This document shows, piece by piece, positions 25,573-37,591 of a stretch of 64,000 nucleotides of DNA. The position numbers and the translations under genes are program-made. Each line of letters begins with the position of its first letter. The stretch's first letter is position 1. The stretch comes from Eledone cirrhosa. Taxonomy: Eukaryota. The stretch spans positions 69,688,001 to 69,752,000 of the forward strand of contig OZ024745.1 in the NCBI GenBank assembly GCA_964016885.1. The letters run 5' to 3'. The notes under the pieces were generated by a model. The model saw only the letters and a program-made list of their open reading frames with translations. It had not been told where the DNA came from and did no database searches.

Positions 25573-28500
25573 TATGTGTGTGTGTGTGTGTGTGTGCGTG
25601 TGTGTGTAGCAGAGTAATTCGTGGTAGAGGGATCGGTCAGTAGGAATGTGTCTGTACGTGTGTGGAGGATATTTTAACATGTTTAAAGATATATTTCAGC
25701 TCTTGTCTTATACAGAGAATTGTGTGTGTGTGCGTTTGTATATCTCTTTGTATGTTAGTGTACGCGTGTGTATATGTGTGTGTATATATGTGTGCGTGTG
25801 TGTGTGTATATGTGTGTATGTGTGAGTGGGGAGGGACCGGTATTTTTGTGATACTGGTAAAAATCGTGTACATTATTCGATATTTTCAGCAAAAACGATT
25901 CTCTCAAGAGAACATCAAAAACATTAATAATAAAAGTATGTGAAATGATATATCGTATTGTCATAACACCAAGGTGTGTGTGAGTGTCCAGATTGTACGT
26001 ACTGCAAAGGGAATCCATATGGCCTTGCCGTATTGGAATACTTGTGTACAAATATGTATATGCCCATCAGTGTGCAATGCATGTGTGCGTGTCGGCACGT
26101 TTATATCTATAGACATCAAATAGTATGAAAATGTGTGTATATTTGTGTTGCACCATAGAACATGTGTGTTTACGTATGTCATTGTGTTTATATGTGGATA
26201 GAGATGTATGTAGGATGTATGCTGATGTAGGTATGTATGTTGACGTGTGTATGTTGTGGGTTCGTCTTAGGGAGAAGTGTTTAGACGGGGTCCGTATTTG
26301 TTAATAAAGTGAGATTCCTTGCTGATGCGCTGGGTGTGGGTGGCATATCTTTAAATTTGTAGAGGGGAAAGATTCTGAAGTTGGGATGATTTTTGGCGCG
26401 CCAGGTATCAATGTGTTCACTCAGTGGTATTTTACTGTATTCCCGTATTTTAATTTGGGATCTTTGGACAGTCATGCGTTGGCGGAGGCTGTTTTTGGTC
26501 TGGCCTATGTATTGTTCTCGACAACCTGGGCAAGTTAATACATATATTAGATTTTCTGATGCGCATGCGAAATTGTGTTTTACTATAAAACGTTGTCCTT
26601 CTTTGAAATAGAATTCCGAACCCTCTACTAGGTTGATGCATATGCCACAGTTGGGTATATCGCATTTTTTTACTTTGCGTTTCGTTGTTGTGGTTGGCAG
26701 TACTTTGGCATGTGTTATGATGTTTTTCATTGACTTACATTGTCTTTCGCTCTTTATGATATCGTGTGTTTGTAGGATGTGGTTCATTCTATGGTCCTTT
26801 TTCAACACAGGGATGTTCTGGAGGATGGTGTCAAATGCCTCATTGTTGAGGGGGTTATGATTGGAGATGTATGGAAGAGCTTTTAGTTTCGGTTGATTTA
26901 CTTTAGCGTGTCTAAGGTCCTGGGTACTGAGTTTTAGGGAACGTTGGATTCCATTGTCAATTAGTGATGCAGGGTAGTCCCTGCCTATGAGTGTGTCCTT
27001 TAGTTCTTGTAGCCGTAAGTAGCAGGTGTTTTTATTGGAGACTATAGTACAGATTCTCTTGGCTAAGTTGTAGGGAATATTAATTTTAACGTGTCTAGGG
27101 TGGCAAGAGTTGAAAGGAAGATATTGCTTGGAGTCTGTGGGCTTGTAGTATATGTCTGTTTCTATTTTTTTGTTATGGATCTTAATGAGGATGTCGAGGA
27201 AGGGGAGTTGTTGATGGCTGTATTCCATCGTGAAGTTAATATTCGTGTTGAGCCCATTTATAAGGGTGTGAAATTCTTTAAGTTTCTCGATGTTTTCGTG
27301 CCAGAGGATGAAGCAGTCATCTAGATATCGCTTGCAGTTCCTTTCTATGTGTAACTGGAGAGTGTTTCCAAATTTGTTTAGTACTTTAGTGTAGAGGGTA
27401 ATTTCCAGGTATCCCATGACTAGGTTGGAATAAGTGGGCCCTGTTTTCGTTCCCATAGCGGTCCCAGATTTCTGCCTGTAGGGTTTGTTATTGAAAACGA
27501 AGTAATTGTTCTCCAAGATAAATTTGAGTCCCTCTATCACGAATTCTTTTTTGATGCGTTGTGGGAGTTCACTGTGGTAATTATCCAGCCAGAATTGGAT
27601 AGCTTCTATTCCTAGGTTGTGGGGGATGTTGGAGTATAGGTTAACTACATCAAACGTCACTAGTAGGGTTTGTTGAGAAAGGGGCATATTAGGGAGGTGA
27701 TTGAGCATATCTAGGTCGTCACTTATATAGCTTTTGATGTGTTTGAGAAAAGGCTTGAGAAGAGTATCAATGAAGTTGCTACAGCGGTGGGTTTCGCAAG
27801 CGGGGCCTGCTATTATAGGTCTTAATTTGAGATCATTGGGTGAGAGGACATTGATGACTATGTCTGTGGCTTCCTTGCAAGCCTTACTTATTAATTCGCT
27901 TTTATGTACTTTAGGGATACCGTAGAAAAGGCTGGATTTACTTGTGAAGTCTGTGATGAAGCTGAATTCCTTGTTAGTGAGCCCTTCTTTGTATTGGTTG
28001 ATCATAGTTTTTAGGTTTCTCATAATTTTCTGTTGATTGTAGTGTTCAACATTTTCGTAGTATGTTTCGTTTTCCAAAGTGGAGAGCGCTAAGTTGATAT
28101 AGAATTCTGTCTCCATTAGGACTACTGTACTCCCTTTATCAGTCTCTTTAATTGTAATGGTTCTGTCGGTTTTTAATCTATTTAATTCTTCCCTTTCTTT
28201 CTTGTTGAGGTTTGGCTTGTGCTTTTGTCTGTGCAAGTGTTGGCAAAGGAAGTTTGTGATGTGTTCACAGAATTCGTCCAGGATTTTATTTCTACCTTTT
28301 GATGGGGTGTAGTTGCTTCTATTTCTGGCTAATGATTCATCCTCATTGTACCGGTCGAATAGTTCTTTACTGAGTCGTAACTTTCTACAGAAGTTTGTGA
28401 TAGCTTCTTTCATTTTATAGTAGTTAGGACGTAGTGGGATCGGTGTAAATTTAAGACCTTTGGAGAGTAAGTTGATAAGGTTGGGTGTTGGTTCTGCACT

Positions 28501-29342
28501 AGTTAGATTGATAATTTTTATTACCCTCGGTTTCTCCTCCCTGTCTTGTGTTATTTGGTTTGCCTGTATCTGCGTGCTGTGTCTAAAAAATGGTTGGGGT
28601 AGAGGGGTTGTCTGCTGATGTTAAGTGGTCTCCTGTGTTTGTTATATTCCTTGTTGTTGTAAAATGTGGTTCGGGTTCGTGGTTGTAGATTGAATGGGGT
28701 GTTCCTGTATTGCGAGTATGGATGTGTGTTTCTATCCACATATAAACACAATGACATACGTAAACACACATGTTCTATGGTTCAACACAAATATACACAA
28801 ATTTGCATACCTTTTGATGACTATAGATATAAACCTGACGGCACACACACATACATATACGCACACATGCATTGCACACTGATGGGCACATACATATTTG
28901 TACACAAGTATTCTAATACGGCAAGGCCTAACGGATTCCCCTTGCAGTACGTACAATCTGGACACTCACACACACATTGGTGTTATGAAAATACTATATA
29001 TCATTTCACACCTTTTATTATTAATGTTTTTGATATGCTCTTGAGAGAATCGTTTTTGCTGAAAATATCGAATAATGTACACCATTTTTACCAGTATCAC
29101 AAAAAATACTGCCCCCCCCCCCCGCGCACACACATACACACATACACACACATATATACACACACATATATACACACACACATACACTAACATACAGAGA
29201 GACATATACACACACAGACACACACACACACACTTCTCCGTATAAGACAAAAGCTGAAATATATCTTTCAACATGTTAAAATATCCCCACACACGTACAG
29301 ACACATTCCTACTGACCGATCCCTCTAGCACGAATTACTCGG

Positions 29343-29412
<70 letters not shown>

Positions 29413-29915
29413 TTTGTCTTAATAGGCACCTGATCTGTTGACCTTTCAACATGACTGCAATTCACACACATCCCTACTGACCATTATCACAAGAATGAAC
29501 CTCTTTACTACACACACATATTTGTCTTAAAATACTTATTTTTCAGTGACTTCTCAATCAGACGAAAAAGGAAACTCTTCGACAAACCTACATTCACGTG
29601 ACCTCTACCGACCAATCAAAATTGTTTTGACCACACGAATTTTTGCAACACGAATTGGCGTGAAACTTATTTTAATACCTCTGGAGCCACTTTTTTCACA
29701 TAAAACAATTAGAATTTCCAAAAGTGATCACATTAGAGAAAACATCACAGGCGCTCTATCTCAAAATTATTTTTGAATAGCATTAGAAATGCGCAACCGG
29801 TAAAAGCTTAAAACTAAAACTGAATACTAACCAATACTTATTACTAATTTTTACTTATTTCTAATTAAACTATTTTTCACTGTGAACAATTTGTCAGCAT
29901 TTTCTTTTCCTTTTA

Positions 29916-29920
<5 letters not shown>
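25033..29920 (-). mobile_element. Penelope-like element family A (Neptune-like), near-complete, with an inverted copy of its 3' UTR (28731-29920, plus strand)
   Basis: RT/GIY-YIG ORF; ~1.2-kb CA-rich 3' UTR (25033-26266) repeated in inverted orientation; both ends in (TA)n. Confidence 0.93.
26281..28620 (-). CDS. PLE polyprotein (reverse transcriptase + Cys linker + GIY-YIG endonuclease), 1-bp frameshift near the C-terminus
   Basis: The frame is open from 28620 (INLT..LLSKGLKFTP precedes the Met at 28413). Motifs: FYGIPKVHK, LRPII, FDVVNLYSNI, GTAMG, RYLDD, C..CGIC, LIYVLTC..C.EQYIGQT. The sister copy at 57481-57690 shows the likely true end ..KYGPRLNTSP* (stop at 26267-26269). Confidence 0.9.
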   Translation of the reverse strand, partial: HQQTTPLPQPFFRHSTQIQANQITQDREEKPRVIKIINLTSAEPTPNLINLLSKGLKFTPIPLRPNYYKMKEAITNFCRKLRLSKELFDRYNEDESLARNRSNYTPSKGRNKILDEFCEHITNFLCQHLHRQKHKPNLNKKEREELNRLKTDRTITIKETDKGSTVVLMETEFYINLALSTLENETYYENVEHYNQQKIMRNLKTMINQYKEGLTNKEFSFITDFTSKSSLFYGIPKVHKSELISKACKEATDIVINVLSPNDLKLRPIIAGPACETHRCSNFIDTLLKPFLKHIKSYISDDLDMLNHLPNMPLSQQTLLVTFDVVNLYSNIPHNLGIEAIQFWLDNYHSELPQRIKKEFVIEGLKFILENNYFVFNNKPYRQKSGTAMGTKTGPTYSNLVMGYLEITLYTKVLNKFGNTLQLHIERNCKRYLDDCFILWHENIEKLKEFHTLINGLNTNINFTMEYSHQQLPFLDILIKIHNKKIETDIYYKPTDSKQYLPFNSCHPRHVKINIPYNLAKRICTIVSNKNTCYLRLQELKDTLIGRDYPASLIDNGIQRSLKLSTQDLRHAKVNQPKLKALPYISNHNPLNNEAFDTILQNIPVLKKDHRMNHILQTHDIIKSERQCKSMKNIITHAKVLPTTTTKRKVKKCDIPNCGICINLVEGSEFYFKEGQRFIVKHNFACASENLIYVLTCPGCREQYIGQTKNSLRQRMTVQRSQIKIREYSKIPLSEHIDTWRAKNHPNFRIFPLYKFKDMPPTPSASARNLTLLTNTDPV

Positions 29921-29970
<50 letters not shown>

Positions 29971-30139
29971 TAAAATAACAGATTAAAGTTTAAGCAAAGA
30001 ATCGGTGCATAATTTTAGTCTTCAAATTTATTATTATTACTATATATATATATATATATATGTAAATATATATATAATATTGCCAGAAATAATAACAGAA
30101 CACACTCAGTGTATATATATATATATATATATCGGTGGG

Positions 30140-30776
30140 GACCCTTAATACTGAAATCAGCTCATGAGCGCACCAGGCTGATCACATCAATCAGGCGGCT
30201 ATCTGACATTGTTTGAGACAGATCTAGCTGGTTTCCTTGAATGTTTCATAAACCTCGATGAATGTTGCGTTGATTACTTTGAGCGACAGACAAAGAGACA
30301 ATCCATGTAGTGGAAACTTCCCTCCTCACCTGCCCCAGAGAAGGCCAAGCTCGTTTCCTCTGCAGGCACGGTGATGGCCTCAGGTTTTCGGGAGACAAAA
30401 TGCATTGTTTATTGATTATCTTCAAAAGATCCAAACCATCAATGGAGAGTGCTATGTCAAATTACTGGAGCTGTTGCGAAAGTATATCAAGACCAAACGC
30501 CAAGGTAATCTGAAGAAAGGAGACTCGTTTGATCAATACAATGCTCAAGCACACACGCTCTTGGTTTCCATGCCTGCCGTACATGACTGTCGCTTTGAGG
30601 TAGTTGATCACACTCCCTATTCTCCTGATTTGACCCCATCTGATTATCATCTGTTCCCCCAAAGGATGAAAGCTTCTTCACGGCAAATGGGGACTCTGTT
30701 GAAAAATAAACTTCATTTGGTCACTTTCAATGCGAATATTTTGGAAAGCTTATTAATTTTTCATCCGACCCACGTA
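30140..30776 (+). mobile_element. Mariner transposase relic with 3' TIR
   Basis: KRQSM.W..P..AK....AG.VMA, TINGECY, QYNAQAH, HTPYSPDLTPSDYHLFP; ends TTTTCATCCGACCCACG|TA. Confidence 0.9.
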
Positions 30777-31789
30777 TTTATACATGTGTTTTAGAAAATG
30801 AATTTCATACACTTCCTGTATGCATATGTACTCAAAGGGATGGAGAGAAAAAATAAGAGAGATATAGTGAAATCTACATACAGTTGACCAAAATAGAATA
30901 GAGCTCTTATTTCTATGGTAGTGCAAATATATATATTTAGTGCATCTTATATTGATTTATCGGTACAGCAACTGTTGTCCGTATGCAATTGTCTTGTTCT
31001 GTCTTGGAATAATGTAGAATCTAATTAATGTACAAATTATTCTTGTTATTGAAATATATCCCTAACATACACAAACACCAGCTACTTTATATTAACCGGA
31101 TTAAATGCTTCATCCACTGTCTTTTATCCAAACCACACAATCAAAAGCCTTTATTTTGTTATATCCGAACTCAATTTCAACAGATATGTCACAGATTAAG
31201 ATAATTGAAAGATTGGTTGTATTAAAATCTCCTTACTCAATGTTTCTCTCCAGATACAAAATAGTGGCCATCTTATTGTCGACAATTACGCAGGAGCTTC
31301 TTAGTTTGATGTTAAGCTGAGAAACCTGATTATCTTCCTTAATAAAAGTATTATTTGTTAGTGGAACTTCATCCTCTTAAAAGCAAAAGAAGCTACCAAT
31401 CAGCGAATAATAACAATAATCCACTACGACCACCAAAGCTGACAGTAATGTCAACTGTTTGTTTGCTGGATAGAAAATCTTTTCTTGAAAACTTTATTTT
31501 TATAAACTGGAAATGTGTCAACATTGGGACATCAGGTTTAACATGTATGTATGTATATATGTATGTATGTGTATGTGTATGTATGTGTATGTATTCATGT
31601 ATAAATGTATGTGTGTATGCCTGTGTGTATGTGTATGTGTATGCATGTATGTATATATGTATGTACGTATGCATGTCTGCATGTGTATGCATGTATGTAT
31701 GTATGAATATATGTATGTATCTATTCATGTGTGTATGTGCATACATGTATGTATGTATATACATGTATTCATATGTGTGTATATGCGCG

Positions 31790-32065
31790 GGGACATAGAA
31801 ATAATCGGGCTGGATAGTCGATCGTGTGGTAAAACCACTGGGAGTGAAGGACCCCTAACCTTTGTCAGGGCATTCTTCTAGGAGAAGGCAACTCAGGAAA
31901 CTGGGATAACTCCGACATAAAATCTGCGGCTCAGTAGTTGCCGATGATGTTGATCTTTTCTTCTTTTCGATTATAGCTACTGTCGATACAAGAGTGTGAT
32001 TGGCTCCATGCACAGTCTTTCGTCACTTAAAAAAATATTCACGCACAGGCATTGCACGATAGCAT
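31790..32065 (+). mobile_element. Possible RTE-LINE 5' UTR fragment
   Basis: Contains GGGCATTCTTCTAGGAGAAGGCAACTC and CACTTAAAAAA..CGCACAGGC, which resemble RTE 5' leaders; recognised from memory only. Confidence 0.3.
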
Positions 32066-34958
32066 TAATTGAACATTATTAATAATGTTATATCGTGCAA
32101 TGGTCATACTCGATAACGAAGGGGCAGCCATAATATATGTATGTATATATATATATATATGTATGTCTATATGTATGTATGTGTGTAATGTGTGTATGTA
32201 TGTAAGTATGTATGTAACTAATGTATGTATGTTCTCTCTAAATTTTGAATATATTTCTGACCAGTTACCTTCCCAGTGGCAATTTTGTAAGGGAAAGGAA
32301 ATTGTCGTCATCAGAACTTCATCCTTCAATTTCTTTGAAGGTTCGAGATTCCGCAGTCATTTTTAACTTATGAATTAATGAGCTACGTTCTCTCTCCATA
32401 AATCTAAGTTCAGCTATACATTGATCGAGACACGTTGGTATATAAACTGTAGCCCTAACAATAACGGCATGAAGCTGAACGAGCATCTTGGATACTGGAT
32501 CCGCATACATCCTATCATTGGTCTGAATATATACTCCCTTTTTTATATTTTGCATTTTTCTTTACCACATTGATATCAAGTGGGCAGCTGACTTCTATAG
32601 CAGATGTGTTTTTAATGTGTGATCCGTATCCGGCCGGTTGTGCATTCATTTTGTGATAGATTTTATTGTTATGTTCCACCAATGTTCCTTTGAGCCATCA
32701 CTCTCAACATATTGAGCCCTATTTAATTTGGTTTTCATCTTCAAGGCTGGCCTTGTAGTTCCCGCCTGCGTTGAGTCAGACACTTTGGTTAAATATGACA
32801 TTATGTGTGTGTATAAGGATTATATTATCTAATATAACGTCAGTATTTTCAATATATAAACATCGCTTTCTTAAATATCCGAAAAGCCTGCCAAAAGAGC
32901 ATCATTGATGAATTTACGTTTTCCAACTATCTTTAAAATTCCCATGTAAAAACAATGTTACTTCTAATTATGCACAGTTCTTCTTGCCCTATATCTTTAT
33001 CAGTTTAAAATGGAGGTTTGTTGAACATTCGAAATAGGCAAGACGCCAAACCAATACTCAACTATTGGCACCAAGTAGTTATTCCCCTTTCTTGGCAAAT
33101 GAGCACAAGATAGAGAAAATAATAGTAATATGTCATCCTTCTAATTAATATTATTGCTGATTTTCAGACTTAATTTCCCAATTTAATCTTTAAGTGCGTA
33201 TTAGATTTCAAATTTAACCTTTGTTTAATGTATGAAATATATTTGTTTGAAACCCAGCATTTCAAATATGTGATAATTGCTTTCATATTATGAATTGTGT
33301 TGAAATCAAACAGATTACAGTGCGATATTACTTTGCACACACACACAGCCACAGACACAGACACAGACACACACACAGACACACACATACACACACGCAC
33401 ACACATACAATACCGTTGTAATTGCTACGATCCATTTGTAGAAGACTTGAATAACCACATGGCTTGAGGGCATCTATCCAGTGTCTCTGGTCAATAGTTT
33501 CATTTAATAGTTTGTCTATGATGTAGCTCATAGGGTTGGCGTTGGATTGGAAGGACCTGATCGATTTGGCGCATATCTGCGCCTCACGAATCAGAGCATC
33601 GACGTTGAAAGCCAAATTGAGGTAAACCAACGATATTTGTCCCAGATGACCAGGAGAATAGCTTATCAAGATACCATCTGAATGACCTGAAGTGGATTGT
33701 CCACACTGGCACAATCGGAAATTTCAGTCGGTACCTGTCAATTTTGTTAAGTTATTGCACCATATATATATCTGTTAGAACACGAAAAGTGTGAAACACA
33801 GAATGTTCACTTTTCGTGTTCTAACATATATGCCTAGCTTCTTTAAAAATTTTTCGGGGATAGCCGTGGTAGTGATCGTATGTCATTGGCTAATTTTCAA
33901 CCAATCAGAGTACCTCTCTCTATATCTCTTCCACTGTTACTTACGCCTGTTTCTCTCTATCTGTTCCGTCTCTATTTATATCTCTTACTCTTTCGCTTTG
34001 CACTCCTCCCCTTCAATACCATCTCTCCCCCTCTCTATATATTTGTTACTCTATCGCTGCACGCTCCTCTCCTTCAATATATCAATTACACACGCTTTAC
34101 ACTCCTTTATCCCCAGCGCCCCTATATATACACCCCCTCTCCCGCATCTATATTTTAATGTACCGTTGCACCGTGAATACATGTGTCTATATATATATAT
34201 ACATATATATTGTATATACACATTCATGTATGTGTATACACACTCATGTATGTATATACACTGGTTTTATGTGTGTATTGTAAATTTGTACTGTTAAAAC
34301 ACGAAACTAACATTCGATTGACACTTTGATTACCTGTACAGGCAATAGTTATTAGAATGCTGTTGAAGTGTGTATATATTTTTGGGGGACATCCTGTATA
34401 TACACACATTATATATAATACAATAAACAGATAAATACACACATATATATATGAGCTTATTTAATTATAAATATTGTGAATTTTTAACTCAGTTCAATTA
34501 TATATATAAATGGCTTCTACAGGACTAGAACTGTTTCATTCGAAAGAAATCATCATAATATTGAGAGGGGGGACTAGATAAAATATTTCAAATCAAATGT
34601 GTATAAGTTATAAGTTAAAATGTATAAATAGAGACGATAGTGGAGGTATATCTGTTTAGTGGAACAGTAGACGATAGAATTAAATACAGACGATAATCTC
34701 CCTTTAATGAAACAGCAGACGATAGAATTAAGGCAATTTAAATTTTAAGCATTTGCATTTTTGCCTTTCATCGTTACGGGGTCGATAAAATAAAGTACCA
34801 GTAATACACTGTCACTAGACGACTTTCAAATTGAATTGTTGGTTCCATTTCTTTAGTATTTTCAATTGTAGTTATCTACTTAAAAAGCGTTACACGGTTA
34901 GAGACATAATTCGTAAGTTATATCTTCCCTATTAAACCATTGCATTATTTCGCCTACA

Positions 34959-35144
34959 GGGCGGTGAATTGGCAGTATCGGTAGAGGGTTGGACGCCATG
35001 CTTTCTAGCATAGTTACGTCCCTTTACAGTCTGAGTTCAAATCCCGCCGAGGTTAACTTTGCCTTTCATCCTTACGGGGTCGATAAAATAAAGTACCAGT
35101 AATGTACTGGGTAATTTGCTGGCCTTGTGCCTAAAGTAGAAACA
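34959..35144 (+). mobile_element. SINE family 1, full-length, 15-bp TSD
   Basis: TSD ATTATTTCGCCTACA at 34944-34958 and 35145-35159. Confidence 0.95.
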
Positions 35145-35368
35145 ATTATTTCGCCTACAATAGAACAAAAATGAAATGTTCTTTAAAGAAACAGGAATAT
35201 AACTTTATAAAAAAAAAAGTTGCATCCGCTTCTTTTATCATTGATAATTTTTTCGTTTTAATATTAATTGTTTTTTGCAGTTGTTTATATTAAAAATCTT
35301 ACTGTAATATTTACTTAAACGAAGGCAAACATCTAAACTTATAGATTAATCTTGAGCGAAGGACTAGA

Positions 35369-35459
<91 letters not shown>

Positions 35460-35849
35460 GAAGAATGATAAAATTTCAAGCAAAGAGTTTAATTAGGTAT
35501 ATTTTGTAATATTATTAACTAATTATTATAATTAACGCGCATATTTTGCTATCCTCAAACACGTTTACACATGGCATGAAATATAACTAATCCGAGATGG
35601 CTAGGTTTCATCTTCTAACTGGATAAACGAAATCCATTATGTCTTGACAACAACATGAGGTAACATTATGTTATTCACAGACACACTTTGTACACTGTTC
35701 CATATCAGAATGTATTTCCTTCGTCACATTCACAAACAGTATTGAAAATATGTTCTTCGGCAAATAAAAATGTTTTGTTCATAATATTTCAACTAGCGAT
35801 TGCTCTACTTCACGCACGACCACCATAAATTAATGACCAGCTCAACACA

Positions 35850-36016
35850 AGTATTGGTAGAGCGTCAGACACCATGCTTTGCAGTATTGTTATGGTCCTT
35901 TGCATTCTAAGTTCAAATCCTGCCGAGGTTAACTTCGACTTTCATACTTACTAATTCGATAAAATAAAGTACCAGTAATGGACTGCCGTAATGGATTTGT
36001 GCCGAAAAATAGAAAC
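35850..36016 (+). mobile_element. Diverged SINE family 1 copy
   Basis: Recognisable GTTCAAATCC..GAGGTTAACTT..GATAAAATAAAGTACCAGTAATG..TAGAAAC. Confidence 0.75.
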
Positions 36017-36573
36017 ACTATTAATGTGCAATAAGAGCAAAATATAACGACATTGCTCAATTATTTTATCTAATGTTGTAATAACACAAGGAAATGTTGT
36101 TTGTGTATTTTTTTTTATATTTGCTCATAGGCTTTTACAATTTCGCTCAGCCAACAACTATTAAAAAGTGAGTTGCTTAAGATAACAATTTAATCACAAA
36201 TTGTTGCTATCTTTTAATACACTCCAACAAGTCATCAAATTATGTACAATAAAAACAAATCTTATTAATTTGCTCAGGGAATATAAAGAAAATGTATATA
36301 CACTGATAATTGCAAATGTATGTAAATATTTTGTTTTTGTATTGTATATTTTATGTTTTCTATTATGTATAATATATTGATTTAATATTGATTGTTTTTT
36401 GTAGTTGTTTATATTAAAAGTCTGAAAATATTTTTATACATCTTACACTAATATTTATAAGATAATTTATAATAACAATTACATAATCTAATTACATTAC
36501 AACGATAATTTATTATTAATATATATCCTGTTTAACTAGAGTTATTACAAGCGTTGCCTTAAAAAAATATTAA

Positions 36574-37529
36574 ACTAGACATGAAAAATGCGCAAGCTCA
36601 AAAGTGCCACAGAATGTTATAATAAACCTTCAAAAGTGTGGGACTAGAGTTGTTGCTAAAAAATATTGTAATCATTATATATCGTACATTCTGTGGCATC
36701 CTTTATAAAAATAGCTTAAACCAACGAAGCCTTTATTTTTACGCTATTTCACTTAGTTAATTCTTAGAGTGTAACATATAAAAATAAATACATCTATGTT
36801 TAATGTAATAACAGCTATAAATAATTACGTAATATTATTATCATATACTCATAGTAACAAAATAATTGTGTTGAAACTTAATATGATGCTTATATGAACG
36901 ATCAAATCTATAATGATAATTTCTTAAATATACTAATAGTAAAATAATTTAGTTATCTATTGTTACATTTTCATAGAACTATAATATTAACAATCGTATT
37001 GCATTATCAAATTTTTATCACTACAAACTTTCATATTGGAATTACCTTAAGCCACTTATTATTACTTCGCTTTCGTACTTTTACAGCTGTAGATATTGCG
37101 CTGTATCTTATATCTAATATCAATATCTCGTGGTAATTTGCATGAAGTGTAAAATAGGTTTATTAATAACTTTAATATGAAATGTATTATACAGGGCTGC
37201 GGAGTCGGTCAAAAATTGACTGGCTCCAACTCAGGATCCGATACTCCATTATTTCCTAAATTTCAGCTCCGCAGCTCTGTTATTATATTAATTAATTTAT
37301 TTTATAGTTGTAAATCATATTTTTATATGTTACACTCTAAGAATTAACTAAGTGAAATAGCGTAAAAATAAAGGCTTCGTTGGTTTAAGCTATTTTTATA
37401 AAGGATGCCACAGAATGTACGATATATAATGATTACAATATTTTTTAGCAACAACTCTAGTCCCACACTTTTGAAGGTTTATTATAACATTCTGTGGCAC
37501 TTTTGAGCTTGCGCATTTTTCATGTCTAG

Positions 37530-37530
<1 letters not shown>
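36574..37530. repeat. 957-bp segment bounded by 213-bp perfect inverted repeats
   Basis: 36574-36786 is the reverse complement of 37318-37530; termini ACTAG..CTAGT. Confidence 0.85.
37192..37279. mobile_element. 88-bp hAT-like MITE
   Basis: TIRs CAGGGCTGCGGAG / CTCCGCAGCTCTG; 8-bp flanks GTATTATA / TTATTATA (7/8 match). Confidence 0.75.

Positions 37531-37591
<61 letters not shown>

Noticed and set aside
34366-34398. Tc1-like TIR (TACAGGATGTCCCCCAAAA, minus strand); similar TACAGGGTG at ~55476
   Set aside because: No partner TIR or transposase was found, so no element can be delimited.
34514-34560. HHR-like ATGATGA-TTTC..GAAT-GAAA-CAGTT on the minus strand (tail shared with 43647-43675)
   Set aside because: C3 is missing and stem I does not pair; at best a decayed relic, so it is not listed as a feature.
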